A stretch of DNA of 64,000 bases, the filler included, from Porpidia crustulata (lineage: Eukaryota): the NCBI GenBank assembly GCA_964255105.1. It is 11 parts of 11 records of this genome, joined end to end, with 100 filler letters (N's around TTAATTAATTAA, not from the genome) between each part and the next. Parts side by side here need not be neighbours in the genome. Positions count along the whole stretch, not along the records: positions 1 to 5,767 come from CAXUWE010001704.1; positions 5,868 to 11,633 come from CAXUWE010001705.1; 9 more parts are not named here. One strand, written 5' to 3'. The notes under the pieces are model-generated. The model saw only the letters and a list, made by a program, of their open reading frames with translations, did no database searches and was not told the origin of the DNA. The position numbers and the translations under genes are program-made. Shown here in pieces: positions 1 through 11,733 of this stretch. Position 1 is the stretch's first letter. Every line of letters starts with the position of its first letter.

Positions 1-703
1 CCCCCCCCCCACGGGAATTCATTTGGGCTCGTTGGATTCCACTCGTACTTACCTTCCTTAATCAAAGCGTTCCTCAAAGGTGTCCAACTTGAATGTTTCT
101 TAAGCCAGTTTCAGTCACCAGGTGGCCCATCTTGATGCACCTCGTCTCCTTATGGTACAGCCAATCCCAATTCCCCGTCTTGCCTGTGTCGTGTGCGAAA
201 GACCCCGAACCGAAAAGGGGGGGCGAACTTGAGAGCACGCTGTCCCCAACCAATCGACTTTGTAACCAAAATTCCACCCGGCCGAGCACGTGAACACGTG
301 TTGAACGCATATGGATATTTTCGAACACCGCGTGTTCGGTCTCTTCCAGGTCAGTTCCAAAAACCGCTACAAGATTAAGAGTGGGGCATTTGGAACTGCA
401 GCCAAGCAGCAGCGTGCTGCTCAAGGCTGGGGTATGGGCAATGACTCAAAGATGTCTCTTGCATCCGTTCTTCTTTCACCGGACAAGTGATCTGTCAAAG
501 GCCGCCTTGCTTTGACTGACCAAAATGAGTGATCCTTCTTCAACTTGTTTTACATTCCTGTTCTCGAGCTTGAAGACGAGTTCTCTTCGAATACAAGATT
601 GCGGCTCTCTACTATTTTCAATATAAACTCTTCTCCGGTCCGAGGCCCGCAAACAGAAAAGAAAATCGGGTTTGAAGACATTGAATCCATCTCATCACAA
701 GAC

Positions 704-1235
704 ATGAGCAGGCTTTTCTCAGTCGCCGCGAGGGCGGCCGCAAGACTCGCTTGGACGCTCCGTGGTACCACGCAGAATGCGGATGAAGCTTTAGAGGCGG
801 TCGAGAAAGCTGTGAATGCGGTACCTGACCTCGCCGCAAAGGTGAACAAAGGCTTGATCAAGTAAGGCCTCCTCGATATTTTACAAATAATAAGCGTAAC
901 ATTCTAACTCGGCTTCGACATGAAGCGGAGATCCGCATCCTACCCCGTATGCCGATGGCACTGTGGATGAGCTTCACTATTCAGGTGTTCTAGGCAAGGG
1001 AAATCTGAAAAAATCTAATAGGGAGACGTCTTTTCACTATTATCCGAGGACTGGACATATAACATTCTCGAACGTGAGATACCCATCAGTACGTGTGGCC
1101 ATGTCCGGCGCTCAAGGCGAGCAACGGTCTTCTCAAGCTACTCAACCAGCAGCTGAAGAATCAAATGTCGGAGACACCAGATGGAACCCCGAGACCGAAA
1201 GGGTCGAGACGTTCAATGGATTTGACTGGGTCTAG
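704..1235 (+). CDS. Small two-exon hypothetical protein (~155 aa)
   Basis: ATG at 704. Intron 862-925 (GTAAGG...CTAAC...AAG) joins ORF 545..865 in frame to ORF 963..1235, giving ...KGLINGDPHPTPYADGTVDELHYSG...SFHYYPRTG...FDWV*. No family recognised. Confidence 0.6.
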
Positions 1236-1460
1236 TAGCAGTTCAGCAAGCGATCATCTCAGATCATGGGCCTGCATGTTTCACTTGTGAGGAGCCTTTC
1301 AAGTGTGTGTTCAAGTCGCTTGATGTACGGAGCCACTGTCACTATCAAAGTATAGGAAGTAGTTTTTCTGGCAATTATGAGGTCGTAGTCTATGGAATCC
1401 CTGGGATCCATGCAGAGCGTTGTTAAGTGCGAACTTCTCTTTCCTGACCAAATATAGTCA

Positions 1461-3053
1461 TTAGCCAGGTAATGGAGTTAGCCATGGATCTTCAAGGAGT
1501 TCCTTCGCACTCTTTCGGTCTTCCGGCAACCATTGAAGCATCTTTCTCGCAAAGTTAAGGAAGAGCCGTTTATTTTCCCCTCCCAAGGACCGGACCGTAT
1601 CCTCTAGTCTGACCCAGCTTGGAATTAGATCCTTGTGCATGAACGCACCTGAACTCGAGAAGTCAGTGTTTTGGTTTATTCGCGGGTGCAGCCAATTAGA
1701 CTGCCAACTTCGAGGAAGCTCACCTTCGGAATCGAAGAAGGGCCCTCCGTAGTACTCGTGAGTGTTGTGACAAATTTTGCCATCAGCATTTTGAACAGCG
1801 TACTTCCATTTGACATTGCCCCACCGTGATTCTTGCTCAATAAGCTTCATTGGTGGAGGGCCTAGTAATGCAATCATCTCCGCAAGATGTGCTCGACCAC
1901 TATAAGTGCCTTGGCTGGAGCGAATATTTCTGAACAAATCTTCGTTCTCCATTAGGTTCCAAATCTGCGTAACACGCCTCGTCAGCAAAACTCCTGTGTA
2001 GACGAAAGACGTTGAAGCACACCAGAACGCCGAGGTTCCAAATGTCCGCTTTGTACGTCCACCCCGTGCCTAACAGGACTTCTGGAGCATGGTAAAGAGG
2101 AGGCTGGATGGGGTGCCTCAGTGCTTCCGAACCATCTCCTGGTTGTGCTAAACCAAAGTCCCCTATCTTTGGGAGTGTACGGAATGACTTGAGTCGCCCG
2201 AAATCATTGCATGATTGAAAGATTGATCGGCCGTCTTCGATTTTTCGAGGCACTGGGGTTTCGGCTTGCTTTTTGACAAAATCTTTGATCACGGATGGAT
2301 CCTCAAATCCCACCAAAATATTGTCTGGTTTAAGGTCTCCCGTAGAACGCGTCTCAGTCAATATCAACGTCAGGTAGAGTCTTAAACCCACCTGTGTGAA
2401 TGATGTGGCATTCCGAATGAAGATAGTTGAGCCCTTGCAAGAGAAATTTCAAGTATACTTTGAGAAGACTCGGTGGAATTTTATTATCCTCCCAGCGCTG
2501 CTGAAATCGCCAGAGAGGCTCTCTCATTGGCTCATAAACCAGGCATAAGTGCGTGCCATCTGGTCCCGCAGCTTCGAAGTTGTCGACGACGGTCCTTACA
2601 TATCGGAAACCTTCGTGGAATGGATTCCTCATAAGGCGTCGCGCTATGTTCAGCTCATGTTTTGAAGCATCTTCGTCGACGAAGTCGGAGACGGTGATCT
2701 TCAGAGCTACGTAACGGTCTGACTTCCACCACCAGCTATGGAGAAGTCAGCAAGTATCACACATCACGTTGAGCTATTGCGTACACTCGAGTATCTTGAG
2801 CCAGCCATACGGTAGAGGAAGCGCCCCATCCAATCTTGGCCACTATCTTATATTTGTTGTGGAAGATATCCCCTAAATTGACTGGCAAGAAATGCTTGGC
2901 ATTGTAACCTGGATTTCCCTCTTCCTCTATAGGGACTTCAGCCGAGAGGATTGTAGGTGACTGACTTGCGGTCATGATGACGCGTCTTGAAGTAGCAAGC
3001 GGTTGTCGAAGGAGTCGGACAGCGTAAGACGGCGCGAATCTTGGCGCCAACAT
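1461..3053 (-). CDS. SRPK/CMGC-family Ser/Thr protein kinase, 5 exons
   Basis: Spliced ORFs give KIGWGASSTVWLA, YVALK, HLCLVYEPM, IIHTDLKPDNIL, IGDFGLA, YHAPEV, ADIWNLG and RKMLQWLPEDRKSAKELLEDPWL. Four GT-AG introns with CTGAC/CTGAG-type branch points. Confidence 0.92.
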
Positions 3054-3434
3054 GATAGAAGATTTCTGGCAACTGCTTCAGAGGTGAATGACAAGCCATG
3101 GAGTGGTGGCGCTCGTCTGTGCACCAGTGAGCGACAATCTCCAACGCTCAAATCACTGAAAGAATATCGCTGTATTCAATATTCTGGTCCCGATTTCAGG
3201 ATTTAGCGAATCCCATTGAAAAAAGAAGCAAATCTGCTAAATTTGCTTTGCATCGCGTCTCGCAACTCAGACACTGAGTAATTTGATGATCTGAAGCGAT
3301 AAAATAAACTCATCTTGACTATATTTGAAAACTTCTACTTTCGACAGTAGTACGATCGCGCGATAATAAGGGTTTTCGATTCTACGTGATATACAAAGTG
3401 CTTACCTGGATCACGTATGGAGGAAAAGAGCGCG

Positions 3435-3452
3435 AAAAAAATTTGAAAAAAA
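3435..3452 (-). terminator. RNA polymerase III oligo-T terminator of tRNA-Asp
   Basis: Two T7 runs on the minus strand starting about 5 nt after G73. Confidence 0.75.
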
Positions 3453-3456
3453 TAAC

Positions 3457-3577
3457 CTCCCTGACGGGGAATCGAACCCCGGCCATCCGCGTGACAAGCG
3501 GATATCTGTTATTGTTAGCGTATCCATGTAATTTTTTCAACATTTTGTAATTACCATAACCACTAGACTATCAAGGA
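3457..3577 (-). tRNA. tRNA-Asp(GTC) with a 49-nt non-canonical intron (3506-3554) between nt 23 and 24
   Basis: Exons 3577-3555 and 3505-3457 join to TCCTTGATAGTCTAGTGGTTATG|ATATCCGCTTGTCACGCGGATGGCCGGGGTTCGATTCCCCGTCAGGGAG (72 nt). Acceptor stem TCCTTGA/TCAGGGA, anticodon stem TCCGC/GCGGA, GTC anticodon at 3495-3493, T-loop TTCGATT, G73 discriminator, intact A and B boxes. Confidence 0.93.
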
Positions 3578-3606
3578 CTTCACTTTTGAAATGTGCGAAA
3601 TACTAC

Positions 3607-3614
3607 ATTATAAA
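3607..3614 (-). promoter_or_regulatory. TATA-like element ~30 nt upstream of tRNA-Asp
   Basis: TTTATAAT on the minus strand at -30 to -37, the usual TBP/TFIIIB position. Confidence 0.45.
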
Positions 3615-4119
3615 CCCAAAATTTTTGAATCTTAAATCTACTCGTAACTAAGTGATGCTGGCTTTAAGCTTTCAAAGCACTAGAATCACCGATAGCTTAA
3701 GCGACTATATAACTATCTTAATCACTAATATCTATAAACTCTAACACTCTCTCTTATTTACTTTAGATACTGGTAGGCCGTCTCCGGTAGAGAGTCCGTT
3801 GGCCACCGTGCTTCCTAATGCTTCGCTAACCTAGTATCCGTTCCTGACTAGGTGGGTAAGAAAGATCTGCTTTAGGCCTAATACCGACCCCTCAAGGTAG
3901 CAAAATCGAAAGAAGTGTTATAGACCCTCCGAAGATCTTACCATCTCTGTATTTCGGAGTCGATTCCTGTTAGAAAAGCGAAGCCATTCCAGACCGAGCG
4001 AGATCGTCCAACTCTTTGGAATCGGAATACTCAGCTCGAGCTTGAGTTTGAATCTCCTATAACTTGTTTGTATTGTCTAAGTCAGGTTCTTCTCCTTCGA
4101 ATCCAATGTCAAAACAGAA

Positions 4120-4772
4120 ATATCGGCCTTTGTTGTCTACTCTCCTATTCTCCTACTTCTCCACAGTCATGACAATCGACAACTTCTCTCCAACGATCGC
4201 CTTAATCTTCGCCGGCTATATCAGTACCTAGCCCAAAGCGAGTGGCGCCACCTCAATCGCCGCTCGCGCAAATAATTCAGACATATTGCTAGCGGCGACG
4301 GTATCAGGCCCGCTCACTATGTGGGGTTAGCCTATTGAGTTCGCTTTCCAACAAAAGGATCTCTCAAGGCTACACGAAGAATACTTCCGCACCTACTTCA
4401 TCAGCTCGTGCTCCACCGACGTCAAGCCCAGTCATGCTGGCGGTTACAACCGCTACTTCCCTCCTCTCCGTGACGATTCCTACGTCAGCGCCTGGCAACA
4501 ACAACGATAATAACAGCTTTTCCACAGGTACGAAAGCGGGCATAGGAATCGGCGTTGCAGTGATAGCAATTCTTCTACTAGGGTGTGCCTTCTTCCTACT
4601 CTGGAGAAGAAGGCGAAGGTCCCGTCCTGAAGAGGAGCCGGAGCCTGTCAAGATGTTCAGCGACTCGAACGAGAAAGAGGGAGAGATAGAGAAAGAGAGA
4701 ATTTTCTTCCCCGACGAAGCACAAGTGACATCACAACTTGCGCAACCTGAGCATCTGCCCCTCGGAATTTGA
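4120..4772 (+). pseudogene. Degenerate Ser/Thr-rich single-pass membrane protein
   Basis: The frame from 4169 reads ...YIST*PK...MWG*PIEFAFQQKDLS with TAG at 4229 and 4328. It then shifts frame into an S/T stalk, a TM helix (AGIGIGVAVIAILLLGCAFFLLW) and RRRRR. The 5' boundary is approximate. Confidence 0.55.
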
Positions 4773-5767
4773 CTCGAGTGCTAGACTGGAAATACTTGAT
4801 CAACACATCGATATACTCGTCGCTGAGATGGAGTCGCGAGAGCATCTGCCTTTGAAACCTTCGGCTAAATGACAAGAGTAACCCCGATGGTTTTCAAGAG
4901 AAGGGACCTTTACCAAGGAGTGTCATGGCTTCTATGTGCCTGTTCGCCCATTGCGCAGTAAAAGCCGAGGAGTGGTGGAAGAGGGTTTGCGCGAAAAAAG
5001 ATTTCGGCGGGATAGATAGACCTGGGCGAGAGAAGATGAGGAGGGCAGGTAAGGAGAGCGCGACCGTAATCGCTCGAGGAGAAACGCGTGCCTCTATATA
5101 AAAGCCGACCTGACTGGCACGACGCTATTAGGCACTGCGGTATCGTAACACTGCCTTGGATAGTATCGTCGTTAAAACTTAACGATTCTCGCATCGATGG
5201 TAGGAATGGAATTATAGGTTTTGGTTTAGGTCTCTGGGGGACCTTTTTGAGATACGTGGCCACGTGGCCTACGGCTCACCCAGCCGAGGTGAGCGTGGGT
5301 GAGTGCACGTGACGCGACTCACACAAAAAGCAGCGAGCTCAATTGCTTGAACGGATCAGGTTGAGGGCCTGCGCAGGTACAGCTTCGGGTTAAAAAACAA
5401 TAAAACAACAAATGAACAAAAAGTGCAACATAGACCGACGACCACCGTCCGACAACGATTCTTTTCGGGAACTCCGGTTGCGTATTTCACCATGTCATAC
5501 ACCACCTCACCTTGTGACGACGAGAAACAATTGAACTTTTTCTGGAGCACCGGAACACAAGAGATGAGCTGGCCTGCGTTTTGTAGATACTCGTGTTGTG
5601 TGACACCGCACTCCACACTTTCTGCTGAACGTATGCGTGCATTGCAGAATTACCACGTCGTGAAACCCCGAATGCGAGATCTATGCAACCGCAAATGCCC
5701 AGTATCGACTGCAAACCCCTGCGGAAAAAGACCGTCTTCCCTCCATCCAAACTACCCTCCGCACCCC

Positions 5768-5867
5768 NNNNNNNNNNNNNNNNNNNNNNNNNNNNNNNNN
5801 NNNNNNNNNNNTTAATTAATTAANNNNNNNNNNNNNNNNNNNNNNNNNNNNNNNNNNNNNNNNNNNN
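5768..5867. other. Artificial contig spacer N44-TTAATTAATTAA-N44
   Basis: Six-frame stop linker flanked by Ns. Confidence 0.98.
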
Positions 5868-6214
5868 TCACATTACGCCTCATGAACCACGTCCAAACTT
5901 AGAAGCATTGTAGTCTCTATTCAGCAGCATACGTACTGGCCTCATATCCTGGTCATTGGATCTTTGAGACCTCACATACGCTTGGGCCTGCTGCCTACCG
6001 CCAATGTCATGTTAATTACTGCGCCGCCTCCGAAAGGTCGACAAGTGGCCTAAGCGTCCGTAACAGGCGACACTGATCAGACTCATCGCCTTTTCTTCCT
6101 TCATTCAGTCATGAAATCTTGGGTCTGGCCTGTAGTTGTCGCTCTTGATACTAAATTCAATTCTCGCTGAACATGTTACGTGCTCTGAGAAAGATCAACT
6201 AACCCACAGTTCCA

Positions 6215-9122
6215 ATGGTCAAACGTAAGCCAGTCAGTCCTGGCCTAACCCGGCCTTCAACCGGCCTTCCATACTCTGTTGCTTCGATTTCTTCACAGGA
6301 ACCAATAAGAGCAGCTCCGTTACTTCCTTCGGGGGCAGAACGATTTCAAGTTCAAGATTCAAGCACCAGACTACCGTCAAGCGTGAGCAGATCTGACATG
6401 GCCAATTCAACGAACGCATGGGCGAATGATGACGAGTTTCATGGTGAGAAAAGGATTGAGCTACCGCCTGTACTGAGGGTTGGAAAGGAGAAAGTACTGG
6501 CCGAAAGGGGTCAGAAAGAGGAGTTATTACCAGCGCCACTTCGGCTGGGACATCGGGCTGACACGCCAAGATCCTCTGAAGAAAGTCTCTTTGGTGTACA
6601 ACCAGGCATTAATAAAGGAGAAGATCGAGAAGTAAACTCGAACGGTCTCAATTCGAAAATACAGGGCCATCACTCAAACAATCCGTTCCTTCGCATGAAA
6701 CATATAGATGGACTAGAATCACGAGGGGGTAAGATTAATGAGGGCAGTAGTGTGGATATATGGGCCAACGGAACGGCAAGCCCATCATCACAGACTCCCG
6801 AATTACAATTCTCCAGTTGGTCGACCTACCTCTTGTAGCGAATCGTTGGATTTTGAAGCTGACACTAGCTCCAGATACAGCTTTAGATCTTGAAACTTCT
6901 GGAACGTCTGGTGGCCTCTCGGAGAAGTCGCCGTTTGCTGAACCCTGGGTCGAACCAACATCATCTCCTAGGGAAGATCTTCAAGTGCACAATGTATCCT
7001 CTGAGTCTACCAGAAGTGAACAAGAGTATCGTGATCTAGTAAGTAATCCGTATCTCGAAAATGGCTTCGAAAGCCCTCATCCTAGATCATTCGACGCTAG
7101 CTATCCTACACAAAGTGGTATATACAATGAACGGCCTTTTGGAGAAGCATTAAAATTACAACGATCAGAAGGGGCAAAAGGTCTCCTAGATTACATGAGT
7201 ACGCCTAAGAAGCTTCCAACAGCGCCTCTTCGTGGCGAGACCGAAGAATCCGAACTATGGAGACAAGGATCGCAAAAAGCTGTTAAGTCTCCCTCACTAA
7301 GGCCTCTACAACCTGACGCACAGCCCGATTCTCTCTTATCTGGACATGCAAACCCAAATAATGGTGAATTTCAGCTATCGGAAGCAGAGAAGCAGCAGAA
7401 TAAGACCACAAAGCAGAGGAGCGAGACCTACCAGATCAGACTCGTGAACTGGTACGATGCTTCGTGCTCTAACAACCCTCGGAGGTCACCAATAATGGTT
7501 CAAAATGCTAATGGTCCCTGCCCACTACTTGCGCTTGTTAATGCTCTCGTGCTCTCAACCCCAGCGAGTGTCGACACTGCCCTTGTAGAGACTCTCCGAG
7601 TTCGCGAGCAAGTCAGCTTGGGTCTACTGCTTGACGCGGTTATCGATGAGCTCATGTCTGGGCGGAGAGGCAATGCAGCCCAAGCACTTCCTGACGTCAG
7701 TGATCTTTATGCATTTCTTGTCACACTTCATACTGGTATGAATGTCAATCCGCAATTTGTCCCGTCATGGTCTAGTGCCTCAAAGTTTATGGATGCCCCA
7801 GCTTCTGACTCTCCAATCACTGCTCGACAATCTCCAAAGCCAGGTGGATTTGAAGATACCCGCGAGATGAGATTATATAGTACGTTTGCTATACCACTGA
7901 TTCACGGATGGCTACCACCTAGGAACCATGCCGCCTTTGCGGCATTACAACGGTCGGCCAAAACATACGAGGATGCTCAAAATCTAATGTTCATGGAGGA
8001 GGAATTAGAGGATAAGCTTCAACGACAAGGGCTTGATCCACAGGAGCAGCTATTGCTGGAGGACGTTGCTAGTGTCAAATACTTCCTCTCATCCTCTGCT
8101 ACGCAGCTTACAGGATATGGTCTGGACACTATCATGGATATGCTTCCTGCAGGATCGATTACTATACTTTTCCGGAATGATCATTTCAGCACCCTTTATA
8201 AAAACCCCCAATCTGGCCAGCTTTTCACCCTTGTTACTGACATGGGATATGCCGGACATGACGAAGTAGTTTGGGAATGCCTTGTTGACATCAGCGGAGA
8301 AGGTTGCGAGTTCTTCGCTGGAGATTTCCGATCCGTGGGTCACAACACAGGAAAGCAGTCCTCTCAATCAAATGGGGTTGCAACGTCCGACGATTCTCCT
8401 TGGACCACTGTTTCGCGGAATAGTCATAATGAAACACAGCAACCGTCAAGATCTAGTGACTCAAGAACGCAGAACGCGGGAGACTCATCTAACCCATTTC
8501 CACAATTATCGTTACTATCTCTTGACGACGCTAGAGAAACATCAAAGTCCTCGAACACCGAACAAGAAGACCATGACCTTGCTTTGGCTTTGCAACTCCA
8601 AGAGGAGGAAGAAGATCGTGAGCGCCGTGAGACGGCAGCTCGCCGCCGTGAAGACGAGCTTTCCCAAGCCTACCTCGAGCAACAAGGGCCATCTGCTCGG
8701 CGTGGCCCGGTTCGCGCATCAGAAGTCCGTCCCACCGTTCCTCCTCGAGGGAAGAAGCAGCCTACCACTGGAGAAGACGCTCCTCCCCCTACCTACGAGC
8801 AGGCAGCGAAAGTTCCTGCCTATTATCCACCCGAGGATAATCCTCCAGCACTTCGCGGCAACAATAACAATTCAATAAGATCCCAAGGGACGCATCAAAG
8901 GCAATCCAGTGCTTATAGTCAGAATACTGCAGTGTTTTCAGGGTCTCCTTCGGCACATCACGTGAATGTCGTAGGGTCGCCGATGCGCGGGAACACCNNN
9001 NNNNNNNGGGGGGGAGGGCGGGCGGGTTTGACGGGGGTCCTGGACCGTCTCAGAGAAGAAATGGACATCAAGGATCAGAACCAGTAGCAGAGGAGGATCG
9101 GAAAGACTGCGTTGTTATGTAG
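6215..9122 (+). CDS. MINDY-family (DUF544) deubiquitinase with C-terminal CaaX
   Basis: Catalytic QNANGPCPLLA and FRNDHFSTL, plus MIU-like EDHDLALALQLQEEE. Intron 6816-~6868. After the N10 gap (8998-9007) another frame ends EEDRKDCVVM* at 9122. Confidence 0.9.
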
Positions 9123-10028
9123 GTGCTTGGCAGCTGTCAGACTGTGGATGATTAGGAGTACGATGGAACTTGGCATTTGGAAGTGCCAGCACTGTGACTT
9201 TGTGATACCTCGGGCTGCAGCAGCAGCAAAGCTCTTACTGGTCCATCGTTCCAATGATCTTGCTTCGATGTACCTAAATAACTATATATTGAAGCTCTAA
9301 AAGTTGATCACTAGGACTTTGATGTTATCTTCCCTGAATTATATGCTATACCTTTCCGTAGTCGCACCTCATTCGCTGCTTTTTCGGCTAGTCCGGATGA
9401 CTAACGCCATATGAGCATCAAAGCTTGGCTTGTCAACTTTCTCACCACTTCCTACGCTCAACATCTTTGAAGAACCCATACTCTAACAATCTACACCAAC
9501 TGCAGACGCATCTGTCCAACAGCAGACTGTGTAGATTGACTATAGAGCGGCCTGGAATTTTCCTTGGCTATGAGCTATTCAGCTATGCCTGGCTGTCCAG
9601 CACAGTGGCGCTCTTGCAGTCCCAGACTCGACGGCTGTTCTCGGCAACAGAGTTAAGCCAAGGCTCATGGCTCTTCCAGACTACTTATCACGGACCGTTT
9701 GAAGAAGATACCTGCAATCTCAGTCAATGGGACCTCAGTGCCCATATTGGTTGAGATGCGACTTGAACTGCTCAGTCTGGGTCCTAGTCCGAATTCGCCC
9801 TAGCGGGCTTCTATCCTGAGCTTAGCGAAAACATGCGGACAGCCGACACGCCCGACAAGTCAAAACAATCCAACGCCTTGCCATCCTCCAACTTATGTTA
9901 TCACCACGCAAAATCTTCGACAATCGCTTCATCCTCGCCACAACGTCACGTTAATCTCTCAAGCATCAAATACGGTCGCGTATATTCAAATTTCACCGTC
10001 AACCGATTAAACCTCAAAAAATCCAACC

Positions 10029-10825
10029 ATGCCAGGAGGAAAGGGTAAATCTACTGGCGGGAAGGCAGGTCCGAAGGAGGTAGCAGGCAAGAGCCAAAAG
10101 TCAACCAGTGCAAAAGCTGGCCTACAGGTCAGTAAATCCTGGCTCAGAATCGTCTGTCTGGATAAAAAGTACACTCGATTCGAATCTCCTACACCAACCT
10201 CGCGCCATCCATGAAATGGAGAAATAATGAAAGACGCATCCGAAGACCATCAGACGCGCCTGACGTGCTCACGATGTTGTCGCCACATATTCGAATTACG
10301 GTGTCCATTCTCACGCGCGATCGTGCGTGATTCACGCATGACGGCTTCGACTCGATTTGGAGCCTAATCCTTGAATGTTGAAGCTAACACGCGGTGTATC
10401 CTTAGTTTCCTTGCGGACGTATCAAGAGATTCCTGAAGAACAATACCCAGAACAAGATGCGCGTTGGCCAAAAAGGTCAGCCCCTAATCCCTCATCTCAC
10501 CCGGCTACAACCCATCTCCATTCCCGCAACCCCACCTTCAACCCTCCACGAAGACCTCAACTAATCGCTCTCTCCCACAGCCGCCGTGTACGTAACGGCA
10601 GTACTCGAATACCTCACCGCCGAAGTCCTCGAACTCGCCGGCAACGCCGCCAAAGACCTCAAAGTCAAGCGCATCACGCCGCGCCACCTCCAACTCGCGA
10701 TCCGCGGCGACGAGGAGCTGGACACGCTGATCCGCGCCACAATCGCGTTCGGGGGCGTGCTCCCACACATTAACCGCGCCTTGTTGCTCAAGGTCGAGCA
10801 GAAGAAGAAGGGCAAGGAGGTGTGA
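10029..10825 (+). CDS. HTZ1: Histone H2A.Z (137 aa, 3 exons)
   Basis: Exons 10029-10127, 10406-10475 and 10581-10825 give [18 protein letters not shown]...[65 protein letters not shown]. Confidence 0.97.
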
Positions 10826-11633
10826 GGGGGAGACGAGAGTGGAAGAAGGGTATTTTTTCGGAGCGGAGGGAGGGTGCTGCAGGGGGGGCGTGGATTTGGT
10901 AGTTTGAGAGGCAGGGACGGTCAAAGGAGCGGATATGGGCTATTGCAAACATCTAGCTTCCCAGCTCAGCGGCTCCGCCCTCGTGTGATCTTCTGTCAAC
11001 GGAAAAAGCCCCATTTTCCTAGCGAACAAGCTTTAATCTATCTGTAAGGTGCATATTGATCTCTCTTAAAGGAATCGCAGGCGTTTCGCCCCCGTTGTTC
11101 TGAGTTGTAAGATCGTGATCATTTGTTTCAGTGACTTTTCAGCGAGGTCTTGGCGTTTCCGCTGCTCCTCTTCCCTATCTACTCTATCTACCCCATAATT
11201 GATTTGAATTTGAATTTTTTGCCGGTTTGAGTGGTGGTGCTAGCGGTTTGAGATATGATGTGATACAATAATCTTTGATAACATGCGAAAAAAAAAAGTG
11301 GTTGTGATGATTTAGTCGGTTTTTGAGCTGTGTTTGCTGTTTTTCGCTGGAGCTGGACTGAGGAAGGGGTGGAGGGAGGCGGTGGAAGGGTTGTCATCGG
11401 CGTGGGAAGTTTGATATCGGATTTCCATTCCCAGAGTGTGGCTACGTTGGGGCTTGCGATCTCCCTTTTCTCATCTCTCTCCCTCCCTCTTCTTCTTTCT
11501 CTCCCTCTCCCTCTCCCTTCACACCAGCACTCTTTTCCCCCGACCCCACCGAGTGTTTTTTTTTTCTCCGCTTGGTTTAGTATACTGATCTGGCTGGCTG
11601 GGCACTTGGGTACTTGGTGCTAAGTTGGGGTGG

Positions 11634-11733
11634 NNNNNNNNNNNNNNNNNNNNNNNNNNNNNNNNNNNNNNNNNNNNTTAATTAATTAANNNNNNNNNNN
11701 NNNNNNNNNNNNNNNNNNNNNNNNNNNNNNNNN
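11634..11733. other. Artificial contig spacer
   Basis: N44-TTAATTAATTAA-N44. Confidence 0.98.

Noticed and set aside
3506..3554. Reading the tRNA insert as an ordinary endonuclease-type intron
   Set aside because: It is not at 37/38, the anticodon loop is continuous, and I see no convincing bulge-helix-bulge at the junctions. A short GTAATT/AATTAC hairpin exists, so this is disfavoured rather than excluded.
9008..9087. ORF-track C-terminus of MINDY (GGGRAGLTG...DQNQ)
   Set aside because: The frame depends on an arbitrary 10-N gap. The alternative frame ends in CaaX.
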